The notes: generated from the letters alone by a model not told the origin. A stretch of DNA of 56,178 bases from an uncultured Fidelibacterota bacterium (GCA_902611135.1 CACLYL010000003.1:1-56178), one strand, 5' to 3'; positions 19,341 through 29,552 are shown, counted from the first letter of the stretch. Numbers and translations are program-made.

Positions 19341-20504
19341 CTACTGATATTCCTCCCAATCAATGACATATGAGTATCCTATAAAAGCACCGAAATCATT
19401 AGGAACATACAAGTCAAACTTCCCAATTGCGCCAGGCAATAAGCTTGCATCAGAAACAATACCCGTATCAAAAGTGTTGTAGGAGCCTTTGACAAACGTA
19501 GTTAATGTTTTTGTTTCACCGCTCCAATTTTTTCTAAAGACAAAGTCAACTTTCACGAAATCAGCTCTTCGACCTCCAATATTTTTGATTTCTCCGTTAA
19601 ATATAATATTACCCTGCCCATCTTTCTTTTCAGAAATATTTCCAACTAAAACACAATTAGCTGAAAACTTTGCACTTGCATTTCGTGAAGATGAATTATT
19701 GGCTGATGTATACTTTGGTTGAGCCAACTTTGGCATTGGAGGAGGAGAATAACTATCCCTGATCTGCTCTGGTACATACTCTTGAGTATCTTCAGTAATT
19801 ACATTATCAACTATTCTTACAACTTGAGCTCTATCCACGATTAAATATCCGACCAAAGTCTCAACTTTTAAGGATTTATCATCTTGATAAATTATCTTTC
19901 CAAATACGGTGCTGCCATTCTTTAGTATAATTTCTTTAGAGTATATAGTAAGTGGATTTACCCACATTTTACTTAAAGCTTTCAAATCATCTATCTCTTG
20001 AGATATATGTTTAAACTCGGCTGATAATTTCTTGATTTCAAAATTAAGCTCATTCAAGATGAAGTCTTTATTTGGCCCACCTACCGATGACGGTGTTTGG
20101 GGTACAGAAACCGACAATTGGCTTGCCATGTTTTCACTGATAGACTCTCTTTTGACTTGCTCTTCAGGCTCAGGTTTTTTTAGTTCTGCTAGGACAAGCT
20201 CTATCTCTGTATTTTCGGACAAATCCACTTCTTGCTCAGCTACAAGATTATTCATAGTAGCTCTAACAGTATAAACCCCTTCCTCTAACTTCTCTTTGAA
20301 CTTACCTTTTCGACCTGTCTCTATTTCTTCTTCTACTTCCCCATCAAGGAGAAACGCTATCTTTGCACCCTTTACACCTTCCTGGCTTGGATCTAATACT
20401 TGTCCCTCTAGTTTATACTTTTTAGCATAAACAAATCCGCCTAAAAGAAAAAAGGCTGCTATAGCGAACAAAAAATGCCTTTTAAGGCTTTTTATTAGTG
20501 TCAT
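19341..20504 (-). CDS. Exported multidomain protein: carboxypeptidase-regulatory-like domain, coiled coil, LSm-like beta domain, FxLYD-like domain
   Basis: LEGQVLDP..EGVKGAKI...GVYTVRA; EIILKNGSTVFGKII; GEIKNIGGRRADFVKV...LLPGAIGKFDLY. GAGGT SD. Confidence 0.6.
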   Translation of the reverse strand: MTLIKSLKRHFLFAIAAFFLLGGFVYAKKYKLEGQVLDPSQEGVKGAKIAFLLDGEVEEEIETGRKGKFKEKLEEGVYTVRATMNNLVAEQEVDLSENTEIELVLAELKKPEPEEQVKRESISENMASQLSVSVPQTPSSVGGPNKDFILNELNFEIKKLSAEFKHISQEIDDLKALSKMWVNPLTIYSKEIILKNGSTVFGKIIYQDDKSLKVETLVGYLIVDRAQVVRIVDNVITEDTQEYVPEQIRDSYSPPPMPKLAQPKYTSANNSSSRNASAKFSANCVLVGNISEKKDGQGNIIFNGEIKNIGGRRADFVKVDFVFRKNWSGETKTLTTFVKGSYNTFDTGIVSDASLLPGAIGKFDLYVPNDFGAFIGYSYVIDWEEYQ

Positions 20505-20558
20505 GATTTACCTCGGATTATGAACACTTCTCGCAACTAGTTGCGCTAAAGCTGGAAG

Positions 20559-20587
20559 ATTTTAAGGCAAAATCTGGAATGTGTCAA
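20559..20587 (-). promoter_or_regulatory. Sigma70 promoter of the motor operon, TTGACA-N17-TAAAAT
   Basis: Minus-strand TTGACA 20587-20582, exact 17-nt spacer, TAAAAT 20564-20559, about 55 nt before ATG 20504. Confidence 0.7.
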
Positions 20588-20635
20588 GAAATTATAAAAC
20601 TTTATCTCATTCTTTGCTTCATGTGTAAAAAATGA

Positions 20636-21202
20636 CTACTCCCAAAAGTTCTTCAATAGATCTCGCCGCCGAAGAGCCTCTTTTTTGGAAATTTTAACCT
20701 TTTGTTCAAGAGATTCAGTTAAATTTAAAGAAAGGGCCTTATCGTATGAATCAATGATCAGATCAAAATCCTTGTCTCCCAGTTTTAAATAAGTTTCGCC
20801 TATATAGTAATATGGCTCACCATTAAGTGGATATATATTTGAAGCTTTATAGAAGCTTTGTATTGCGTCCCATAAAACCTCTTTTTTCCCTGAAGAAAAC
20901 TTTTGAAATGCAGAGGTCATTAATAGTGAATATTTTGATACAGAATCTGATTGGGATAATTTCTGAGATTTGTGAAAATACTTTAAAGCTTCATTATAAT
21001 TTTGTTTTTCCATTGCCTTCAAGCCACGACTATTAAAAACCATTATAAGTGCCTCATTGAACTTTGGGTCTGTTATATTCTTCAAAGAATCTTGCATTTT
21101 GATTAAGTTTTCAGGATTCGTCAAAGCAATTTCTTTATAGTTAGTTGTTGCACAGCTTAAAACAAGAGTTATTGCAATTACACTATAGCCGTTAACCCTC
21201 AT
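20636..21202 (-). CDS. TPR-repeat lipoprotein
   Basis: Likely start ATG 21202 (MRVNGYSVIAITLVLSC lipobox). TPR helices such as EPYYYIGETYLKLG. Confidence 0.7.
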   Translation of the reverse strand: MRVNGYSVIAITLVLSCATTNYKEIALTNPENLIKMQDSLKNITDPKFNEALIMVFNSRGLKAMEKQNYNEALKYFHKSQKLSQSDSVSKYSLLMTSAFQKFSSGKKEVLWDAIQSFYKASNIYPLNGEPYYYIGETYLKLGDKDFDLIIDSYDKALSLNLTESLEQKVKISKKEALRRRDLLKNFWE

Positions 21203-22118
21203 AAAAAAATAGATTTTTATTTTTACTAAAAGAACTGTAAAGCTCTTCCATAGAATCAATTACAAAATATCTATCCTGAATATCGCTGTAATCAAAACAT
21301 GTTAATACAATTTCCTCGATATCATATTTTAGAAATTTTGATCGAGAGGCTTTTCCTTTTGAACAATCAATAATGTTTTTTGTTTCATCAAGAGAAGAAA
21401 TAATTCCAGAACCGTATATTTCATATGGTATATCATTAGAAACTCTTCGAAACTTATCAGTTCTTCTGCTACTTTTTAGCAAGCCATATTCATATGTCCA
21501 CCATGAAAAGTTTTGTAATCGCTTCAAGTTATGGTTAACTAATTCATGAGTTAAATTGCGTTTATTTTTTACAATCTCATATCCTAAAACACCAATTTCC
21601 CACATAAAATCTGCATATTTTCTATTCATTAAAAGGGGAATGTGCCCTTGAATATCATGAAAAATATCCGGCTCTGGAGTATACCCTCTAGCATTTTTAA
21701 TATCCGAATTTAAATACTTTTGCTCAAATCTTGGCGATCTCCTTATTATATCAGTGACCGGAAACTTTCTATCTTTATTTAATTCAAAAAATAATTCCTC
21801 ATCTAAAAAGCCAGCAACAGGAATTAAAGTCCAACTTGTGGAATTTTCTAATAATGGAGAAATAGCCTTAAAGTTCGGGAACATATTATTTGGGATAGGA
21901 AGAGTTCGAAGGCCAAGCAAATACTCCCTTGATGCATATTGGTCAAGTAAGAGTTCTAGGTTTTGATACAGTTCAGACCAAATTCTATTTTCAAGGTTTG
22001 TCACGGAGTCAAACTCTTGAGGTTTGATATATTTGTCAGAAGATGAAAAGATTTTAATCCCCTCAATGGAGTTTGGAATAACGTTTTTAAAAAGCTTATT
22101 ATAATCTATTTTATTCAA
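21192..22118 (-). CDS. phhA: Phenylalanine 4-hydroxylase (pterin-dependent aromatic amino acid hydroxylase)
   Basis: YTPEPDIFHDIQGHIPLL (two Fe-binding His), WWTYEYGL (Fe-binding Glu), IYGSGIISS, IQDRYFVIDS. Confidence 0.85.
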   Translation of the reverse strand: MNKIDYNKLFKNVIPNSIEGIKIFSSSDKYIKPQEFDSVTNLENRIWSELYQNLELLLDQYASREYLLGLRTLPIPNNMFPNFKAISPLLENSTSWTLIPVAGFLDEELFFELNKDRKFPVTDIIRRSPRFEQKYLNSDIKNARGYTPEPDIFHDIQGHIPLLMNRKYADFMWEIGVLGYEIVKNKRNLTHELVNHNLKRLQNFSWWTYEYGLLKSSRRTDKFRRVSNDIPYEIYGSGIISSLDETKNIIDCSKGKASRSKFLKYDIEEIVLTCFDYSDIQDRYFVIDSMEELYSSFSKNKNLFFYEG

Positions 22119-22160
22119 TTTTTAATGCAGTTATCAATCTACTTAAAATATATATCCTAC

Positions 22161-22496
22161 CTACCAAAACCAAATATATAAAACACCAGAATTTTTTCTT
22201 CCAAAATCATGATCATCCCTTAATTTGCAGTCTGACCTCATATCTACAGCAACTTTATTGAAAAGATTATAATCTTCTCCGTAAATAATCGCCTTGAATC
22301 TCCCTTCTTGTTCTTTACACCAATTTTTTATTGTGTGTTTTAGTGCTCCTGATCCATGCCCAAAAATAACTTTTACCACCTTATAGTCGCCTTCAAAATT
22401 TAATTGGCTTATCTTTGTCTCTAAATTCAATATGGCATTATCTATGGATAAATTAGAATGTCCTATATCTATAACTTTTAATTTATTCATTATCAT
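22161..22496 (-). CDS. Small Smr-domain protein
   Basis: IDIGH...AI..L...VKVIFGHGSGALK...NSGVLYIW Smr pattern. Start uncertain (22532, 22496 or 22490). Confidence 0.65.
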   Translation of the reverse strand: MIMNKLKVIDIGHSNLSIDNAILNLETKISQLNFEGDYKVVKVIFGHGSGALKHTIKNWCKEQEGRFKAIIYGEDYNLFNKVAVDMRSDCKLRDDHDFGRKNSGVLYIWFW

Positions 22497-22554
22497 TTTT
22501 GCAATAGATTTTAAAACTTTTTTACTTATCAAAATAAAGGTTAATTAAAACAAA

Positions 22555-23514
22555 ATGAGAAAAGTCACACTTGGTAGAACAGATTCTGAAGTTTCAGCAA
22601 TAAGCCTAGGAACATGGTCCTTTGGTGGTGCTAGCATGAGCGGTAAAGTACCAGTAGGTTGGGCAGATCAACCTGAAAAATACTCAGCCTCAGTTTTAAA
22701 AAAATGCTGGGAGTTAGGCATCAATCATTGGGATACAGCCGATGTATACGGCAATGGAAAATCAGAAAAAATTATTGGGAAATCATTGCTCGATATACCT
22801 CGGAACGATATATTTTTAGCAACAAAGGTTGGCTGGGACATAGGAAATTACAGCCATTGGTATCATCCAAATCATATGAAAAAAAACCTCGAAAGATCTT
22901 TGAAAAACTTACAAACAGATTATGTCGATTTAATTTACTTTCACCATTGTAACTTTGGTAAAAAAGACGAATATCTTGATGACGCATTAGAAGTTATTTT
23001 AAAGTTTAAAAGTGAAGGGAAAGCATTATTTATAGGACTATCAGATTGGTCATCAAAAAGAATAATGAAATACATTAATAGGTTAAACCCTGATGTTGTT
23101 CAACCATACCGAAACGTTCAAGATGACGACTATGCTTCTTCAGGATTAAAGAAGCATGTTGAATTGAATAATTTAGGCGTTTGTTTTTTTTCACCTCTTA
23201 AACATGGTCTGTTAACAGGGAAATATGAATTTTTACCTGAATTTAAACCTGGAGATCACAGAAGAAACATACCGGCATTCAAAAGTAATAATATGATAAA
23301 AAAGATGAAAAAAAATAAACTATTATTAGAAAAGCATTATTCTTGGCATAAAAACCCTGTTTTACATGGCGTTATTGGTGCCTTATATGAAGATTCTCCA
23401 AACGCGTGTGTTTTACTTGGTCAAAGGAATATTAATCAAGTTGAAGTAGCTGGTACTCTTGGAGAAACTATTTCAAAAAAGGACGCCGACTGGATTAGGT
23501 CAACATATAAATAG
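22555..23514 (+). CDS. Aldo/keto reductase
   Basis: VSAISLGTWSFGG, GINHWDTADVYGNGKSE, ATKVG, SLKNLQTDYVDL, SPLKHGLLTGKY. Confidence 0.92.
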   Translation: MRKVTLGRTDSEVSAISLGTWSFGGASMSGKVPVGWADQPEKYSASVLKKCWELGINHWDTADVYGNGKSEKIIGKSLLDIPRNDIFLATKVGWDIGNYSHWYHPNHMKKNLERSLKNLQTDYVDLIYFHHCNFGKKDEYLDDALEVILKFKSEGKALFIGLSDWSSKRIMKYINRLNPDVVQPYRNVQDDDYASSGLKKHVELNNLGVCFFSPLKHGLLTGKYEFLPEFKPGDHRRNIPAFKSNNMIKKMKKNKLLLEKHYSWHKNPVLHGVIGALYEDSPNACVLLGQRNINQVEVAGTLGETISKKDADWIRSTYK

Positions 23515-23516
23515 CC

Positions 23517-24569
23517 CTATTTATCTTTGGGCATTACAACATTCATTGTTGGAAAGGGAATTAGTATGTTTTTTTCGTTAAATGTTTTATAAATCTCTGT
23601 ATTGATTAAATCAACAGTCTTGCCTCTTACCTCTGGTTTATGTATCCAAAATAAAAGTTGAAGACGAAGGCCGCTATCTGCGAATTCTCTGAAGCGAACC
23701 CGAGGTTTCGGGTTTTTAAGAACATCTTCGTTTTTTAGTGCTATTTCGTTAAGAATAGACCTAACTTCATCAATGTCAGTATTATAAGAGACTTGGAGAG
23801 TAATTCGAACTCTTTCACTCTCACCAGGACCTCCACTCTCATTAACAATTTTTGATGAAGCTATTACAGAATTAGGAATTGTAATTTCTATGTCATCTCT
23901 TGTCATAAATCGAGTAGACCGCAACCCCATTTTCGTTACATATCCTCTCTCACCAGAGTCCAACAAGATATAATCACCTTCTTTAAAAGGAGAATCTGCC
24001 ATAAGAAAAATTCCTGCAAAGAAGTTTGCAACGGTATCTTTGGCGGCTAAACCAAGTACTACACCAAGAACCCCAGCAGATGCCAATATCCCATTTATAT
24101 TAATATTCCAACTTAAAAAGATAAAATAACCAGCAAATAAACCAATGGTTATCTTACCTAAATTATTAAAGAGGGGAAGTGTGTTTTTTTTAAATAAGCG
24201 GTTAGACTTTCTTGTTGTTGCCCAATCAGTAGAAATAACCAATATTTTAGTTCCAACAAAAAACCAAATTAATATAGTTAGAGTTTTAAAAACACCTATT
24301 AGAGCAAAATCAATATACTCTGGCAGCGAGGCTGCTTTTACAGCAATAATTATACCCACAAAGAGAACAGAATAAAATATTGGTCTATGCAAAAGATAGA
24401 TAATTTTATTATCTAATTCTGTGTCCGTTTTATCAACTATTTTTTTGAATACAATTGTGAAAATAATATCCACTACTTTTGCACTAATTATTGATAAGAG
24501 AACAATGAAAATACTTTTTAGCGCTGGATTATATAAAACTAAGTTATAGTAGTCTACCAGATGATCCAT
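23517..24569 (-). CDS. mscS: Small-conductance mechanosensitive channel (MscS family)
   Basis: LASAGVLGVVLGLAAKDTVANFFAG...DSPFKEGD, GLRSTR, ITIPNS, IPFPT. Confidence 0.92.
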   Translation of the reverse strand: MDHLVDYYNLVLYNPALKSIFIVLLSIISAKVVDIIFTIVFKKIVDKTDTELDNKIIYLLHRPIFYSVLFVGIIIAVKAASLPEYIDFALIGVFKTLTILIWFFVGTKILVISTDWATTRKSNRLFKKNTLPLFNNLGKITIGLFAGYFIFLSWNININGILASAGVLGVVLGLAAKDTVANFFAGIFLMADSPFKEGDYILLDSGERGYVTKMGLRSTRFMTRDDIEITIPNSVIASSKIVNESGGPGESERVRITLQVSYNTDIDEVRSILNEIALKNEDVLKNPKPRVRFREFADSGLRLQLLFWIHKPEVRGKTVDLINTEIYKTFNEKNILIPFPTMNVVMPKDK

Positions 24570-24677
24570 TTAGGATATTAACTCTAAATTTTTTATTAAC
24601 AACTTAAACACTCTTTTTAATTTATTATTACTAAGTTAGTATACTAATTTCTTGATATAACAACAAATCTCACATTT

Positions 24678-26222
24678 TTGAAAAATTTTACACTTACAAG
24701 TATGTTTTTTATTTTTCTAGGGTTTCTTTTTTTTTCATGCTCTAATGACAAAGTAAAAAGTGATACTACTTTTTACTTTGTCACTTATGATGATGTAAAA
24801 GACTGGGACCCTGCAACAGCATTTTCACTAGAAGTTGTTCCAATGTCAAATATATATGAACCCTTATTATGGTATAAAGATTCAAAAATCATTCCAGGGT
24901 TGGCAAAATCACATACAAAGTCAAAAGATGGATTGAGTTGGGTTTTTAACTTACAAGAAAATGTACTTTTCCACGATGGATCAACTTTTGATGCTCAAAC
25001 AGTTAAATTTGTGATCAATAGAAATAAAACTTTTACTAAAGGGCCAAGCTATATTTGGTCAAGTGTCGAAACTATAGAAGTCCTGGATAAATATAAAGTC
25101 CAGATCAATTTAAATGACCCTGTACCTCTGGATTTGATTCTTAGTTCACAGTATGGAGCTTGGATGTATTCGACAAAGTTTAATGAAATTTTAATAGATT
25201 CGCTTAGAAAAGGGTTTGCTTCTGGAACAGGCCCTTATTATTTGAAGGATTGGACTCAAAGCACTTCAATTACTTTAGAAAGATTTGATAACTATTGGAA
25301 CTATAGTGCTGAAAAAGGATACTTTAAAAAGGTTAAGATAGAAGTTGTTTCAGAAGCCTCAACAAGGATTCAAATGATTAAAAGTAATCTTGCAGATTTT
25401 GCAACATTAATTCCGAGTCAACTTGTAAATAACAGTTCTAAATATTCGAACTTTCAAGTCTCATTTCAACCATCATGGGTTAACCACTTTTATTTGCTCA
25501 ACACTAAAAAGCCGCCCACAGACAATCTTTATATAAGAAAGGCTATTGCTTCGTCCTTCAATCGAGAAGTCCTTGATAAATATATTTATGGTGAATTAGG
25601 ATCGCTTCCAAAGGGGATCATTCCGTCATCGCTTCCACTTTTTAGTGCTCCAGACAGCCTTATTCCTTTTGACTTAAAAAAAGCAAAGTTATATAAGAAA
25701 AAATCTTTGTTAAAAGAAGAGGATTTAGAAATTGACCTCTCATACGTTTCTTCATCTGAAGAATATAGATTGACGTCTTTGATGTTGCTTGATAATCTAC
25801 AAGAGGTTGGTTTTCCTTTAAAAATTAAGCCGGGTTTATGGACTAGCAATTGGGATAAAGCAAAAAACATAAATACAGCTCCAAATATAATATCAATGGC
25901 ATGGTGGCCAACATATCCTACGCCATCAGATTGGTTTATCAGTCTTTTTAAAACACAAAGTCCAACCATATTTAACCTTTCATATTATAGCAACCCCAGC
26001 GTTGATTCTTTAATTAACGTAGCGCAAAATAATGAATCAATAAATCCTCGTAAATCAAAAGACATATATAAAATTATACAACAAAGATTAATAAACGATT
26101 GTGCTGTCATTCCGGCTATGGATTTAAACATTCAGTCTGTATACAATAGTAAAATCATTGGCTTTGAACCCAATCCTGCCTACTCAACACTTTTCTTCTA
26201 TAATTTAAAAAGGAAAAAGTGA
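24678..26222 (+). CDS. Peptide/nickel ABC transporter substrate-binding lipoprotein (SBP family 5)
   Basis: Lipobox FFSC; IYEPL, PGLA, FHDGS.FDA..VKF, GTGPY. Confidence 0.9.
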   Translation: MKNFTLTSMFFIFLGFLFFSCSNDKVKSDTTFYFVTYDDVKDWDPATAFSLEVVPMSNIYEPLLWYKDSKIIPGLAKSHTKSKDGLSWVFNLQENVLFHDGSTFDAQTVKFVINRNKTFTKGPSYIWSSVETIEVLDKYKVQINLNDPVPLDLILSSQYGAWMYSTKFNEILIDSLRKGFASGTGPYYLKDWTQSTSITLERFDNYWNYSAEKGYFKKVKIEVVSEASTRIQMIKSNLADFATLIPSQLVNNSSKYSNFQVSFQPSWVNHFYLLNTKKPPTDNLYIRKAIASSFNREVLDKYIYGELGSLPKGIIPSSLPLFSAPDSLIPFDLKKAKLYKKKSLLKEEDLEIDLSYVSSSEEYRLTSLMLLDNLQEVGFPLKIKPGLWTSNWDKAKNINTAPNIISMAWWPTYPTPSDWFISLFKTQSPTIFNLSYYSNPSVDSLINVAQNNESINPRKSKDIYKIIQQRLINDCAVIPAMDLNIQSVYNSKIIGFEPNPAYSTLFFYNLKRKK

Positions 26223-27223
26223 AAAGTTATTTGTTAAGAAGATTTATTTCTACGCTCATTGTATTGATTAGCGTTATAACCATAACGTTTTTTATAACAA
26301 GAGTTGTTCCTGGTAATCCAATTTCTCTTTGGATTGGTGACCACCCTTCAGCAAAACAGATTGAAATTGCAAAAAGAGAATTAGGCCTGGATAAACCATT
26401 AGCTAATCAATTTTTTTCGTACATAAAAAGTTTATCTAAAGGCGATTTAGGATTATCAATTCGAACAAAACAGCCTGTGTCTTTTGAATTAAAGAAAAGG
26501 TTTACTGCCACACTAGAACTGGTATCGCTATCCATTTTATTTTCAACAATAATTGGATATCCTCTAGGTTTATTTGCAGGAGTTTATAAGGGGAAAAAGT
26601 TTGATAAGATAATTTCTTTTATTAGCTACCTCGGGCTCTCATTCCCTGTTTTTTGGTCTGGGATGATCCTGCAGGTTATTTTCTTTTCCTACCTTGACCT
26701 TCTACCGTTACAAGGGAGGCTGTCGTTGGACTTAGAAAACTATGAAAGAATAACAGGTCTGATATTGTTGGATAGCATTCTTCATTTTAATTGGGAGTTG
26801 TTTATAGATGCATTTAGACATTTACTTTTACCTTGTGCCGCTCTTGTTTTCTCTATATTTGGTATTATAGTTCGAACATCTCGAACTGCTCTAATAAATA
26901 CGATGTCTGAGCCTTATTTTGAGACTTATACTAGCTATGGTTTTTCAAAAGAAAACATTGTTTTTAAAACAGCATATAAAAACACACTCATCCCAACTGT
27001 AACTATAATAGGACTTAGTTATGGTTTATTGCTTGGAGGCACTTTTTTAATAGAATCTATTTTTAACTGGCCAGGAATAGGACAGTTTTGTGTTTTATCG
27101 ATCTTAACTAACGATTACCCTTCCATAGCTGGCGTTACCTTATTATATGCTATTTCATATACTTTTATAAACTTTATAATAGATATTTTATATGTCCTTA
27201 TTGATAAAAGGATAGAGCTTTAA
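26219..27223 (+). CDS. Peptide ABC transporter permease (DppB-like)
   Basis: LGLDKPL..QF, GDLG.S, ATLEL, IESIFNWPGIG, DYP. Confidence 0.92.
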   Translation: MKSYLLRRFISTLIVLISVITITFFITRVVPGNPISLWIGDHPSAKQIEIAKRELGLDKPLANQFFSYIKSLSKGDLGLSIRTKQPVSFELKKRFTATLELVSLSILFSTIIGYPLGLFAGVYKGKKFDKIISFISYLGLSFPVFWSGMILQVIFFSYLDLLPLQGRLSLDLENYERITGLILLDSILHFNWELFIDAFRHLLLPCAALVFSIFGIIVRTSRTALINTMSEPYFETYTSYGFSKENIVFKTAYKNTLIPTVTIIGLSYGLLLGGTFLIESIFNWPGIGQFCVLSILTNDYPSIAGVTLLYAISYTFINFIIDILYVLIDKRIEL

Positions 27224-27224
27224 G

Positions 27225-28034
27225 ATGAATAAGCTTTTTAACAATACTGGTAAAATAGCTATCTTTATTTTACTTTTTATTTTTTTCTTAAGCCTTATAA
27301 TGCCTCTAATATCGCCATACTCTGACGACATTACTGGATCAACACACTTTGAAATTTCTAACCAATCTCCATCAAAACATCATTGGTTTGGAACAGATTC
27401 TGCAGGGAGAGACATGTTTACCATCACTATAAGATCTGCAGTAACATCTTATAAAATTGCTTTCTTTGTTGTTGTGTTGTCAATGGTTTTAGGGTGCCCA
27501 CTAGGGTTTATTGCTGGGTTATCAGATAAGTGGTTGGACAATTTAATATCCAGAATAACAGACGGGTTTATTGCATTCCCCCCTCTAATACTACCAATAA
27601 TGATAACAGCAATGCTTGGTCCTTCAGTAAACAATATGATAATTGGTATTTCATTTTCTTGGTTCCCGTGGTATGTAAGAATAGCGCGATCCCAAACTCT
27701 AATCTTAAAAACCCAAGATTATGTAATAATGTCCAACATAATGAAAGGAAGTAAGTTTTACTTAATTAAGAAACATATATTCCCCAATAGCTTAAGGCCT
27801 ATTTTAACCCAAGGAAGTATTGATGCTGGATATGCAATTTTAATATCAGCTGGGTTATCATTTATTGGCCTAGGTGCCCAACCTCCGCAAGCAGAGTGGG
27901 GGTTATTAATAACACAGTCCAGAGCACAATTTTTAAATCATTGGTGGGTTATAACTTTTCCTGGGTTATTTATTATACTGTCGGTTTTTTGCTTCAATAT
28001 TATCGGAGATAGTCTAAGAGACATAAATGAGTAA
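27225..28034 (+). CDS. Peptide ABC transporter permease (DppC-like)
   Basis: HWFGTDSAGRD, HIFPNS, LSFIGLGAQPP.AEWG. Confidence 0.92.
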   Translation: MNKLFNNTGKIAIFILLFIFFLSLIMPLISPYSDDITGSTHFEISNQSPSKHHWFGTDSAGRDMFTITIRSAVTSYKIAFFVVVLSMVLGCPLGFIAGLSDKWLDNLISRITDGFIAFPPLILPIMITAMLGPSVNNMIIGISFSWFPWYVRIARSQTLILKTQDYVIMSNIMKGSKFYLIKKHIFPNSLRPILTQGSIDAGYAILISAGLSFIGLGAQPPQAEWGLLITQSRAQFLNHWWVITFPGLFIILSVFCFNIIGDSLRDINE

Positions 28035-28040
28035 TGTTTT

Positions 28041-29552
28041 ATGACTGAAAAACTGGTCACATTAAATGAGATATCCATATCTCCTCTCAAATTTCGTAAA
28101 AGTGAAAATTCTATCATCAAAGATTTATCCCTAGAGATTTACAAAGGTGAATTTCTTGGCGTAATTGGAAAAACGGGAAGCGGGAAAACAACACTGGGGA
28201 AGTTATTTAATAATATGTTACCTGTAAACCTTGTTCTTAAAAAAGGGACTATCGCTTACGAAATAGAAAAAGGGGAAAGTATTAATCAAAAATTAAAAGG
28301 GAATATTGTGTCTATGGTTTTTCAAGACCCAATAACATCATTAAACCCCTTACAAACTATAAAAGATCAATTTATCTTAATTTTAAACAGAAGGTTTAAT
28401 TATGAAAATGACCAGGTTATAATTGAGACAAAAAGATGGCTTAATAAGGTTAGGGTTTCAAATGCGCTAAACAAATATCCGCACCAATTGTCTGGAGGTC
28501 AACTGCAACGAGTTATGATTGCTTTAGCAATTGCAATTAAACCTAAGTTAATCATCGCTGATGAAATCACGACTGCCTTAGATGCTAATTTAAAATACGA
28601 AATTATAAACTTATTAAATGTTTTAAGATTAGATTCAAAAATCACTCTGCTCTTTATTACCCATGATCTATTCCTAGCAAAACAATTTTGTGACCGTATC
28701 GCTATTTTAAAAGAGGGTAAGTTAATTGAGATTAATTATGCCTCTAAAATCTTTAAAAAGCCTCAAGAGGTTTACACAAAAAAACTTATTTCCCAATTAA
28801 ACGCTTCAAATATAAAAAGAAAGAAAAAAAAAGGAAAAAGAAAAGATATAATATTAAAAGTAAATAAAATATGTAAAACTTATAAAACGCAAAAAGTATT
28901 AAAAAGTGTATCTGTATCGCTATTTGAGAATACTACCTTAGGGGTTATTGGAGAATCGGGAAGTGGGAAAACGACACTCGCAAAGATAATTCTTAACATA
29001 ACGTCCTCTGATTCGGGGACAATTAAATTCCATAAATGGGAAAACAAGGTGAGTGCAGTATTTCAAGATTCATTTAGCTCATTTAATCCGAAAATGAGTA
29101 TTAGAGACATTCTCTTAGAACCTTTAAACATTTTAAAGGCAACTAATAAAAAGTCAAAAGTTTATTCACTTTTAAAAAGGGTTAGATTGAAAAGTGATAT
29201 TTTAAAAAGATTTGCCCATGAAATATCGGGAGGGCAACGACAACGAGTTTCAATAGCGAGGGCTTTATTAATAAAACCAAAAATATTGGTCTTAGATGAA
29301 CCTACATCATCGCTTGATATTGATGTGCAAGACTCTATTATTAATTTACTCTTGCAATTACAACAAGAAGAAAACTTGTCCTACTTTTTTATTTCACATG
29401 ATTTAAGTGTTATAAAAAGGGTTTCTGACTATGTCGCAGTGCTTTACGAGGGTAAAATAATCGAAAAAGGAGTTCCTAATGAAATATTTAAAAATCCAAA
29501 AGAAAATTATACTAAGCAACTTATTAATTCAGCTTATGATATTAATATTTAG
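28041..29552 (+). CDS. Fused double-domain peptide ABC transporter ATPase
   Basis: Two Walker A motifs (GKTGSGKT, GESGSGKT), two signatures (LSGGQLQR, ISGGQRQR) and two Walker B motifs. Confidence 0.93.
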   Translation: MTEKLVTLNEISISPLKFRKSENSIIKDLSLEIYKGEFLGVIGKTGSGKTTLGKLFNNMLPVNLVLKKGTIAYEIEKGESINQKLKGNIVSMVFQDPITSLNPLQTIKDQFILILNRRFNYENDQVIIETKRWLNKVRVSNALNKYPHQLSGGQLQRVMIALAIAIKPKLIIADEITTALDANLKYEIINLLNVLRLDSKITLLFITHDLFLAKQFCDRIAILKEGKLIEINYASKIFKKPQEVYTKKLISQLNASNIKRKKKKGKRKDIILKVNKICKTYKTQKVLKSVSVSLFENTTLGVIGESGSGKTTLAKIILNITSSDSGTIKFHKWENKVSAVFQDSFSSFNPKMSIRDILLEPLNILKATNKKSKVYSLLKRVRLKSDILKRFAHEISGGQRQRVSIARALLIKPKILVLDEPTSSLDIDVQDSIINLLLQLQQEENLSYFFISHDLSVIKRVSDYVAVLYEGKIIEKGVPNEIFKNPKENYTKQLINSAYDINI

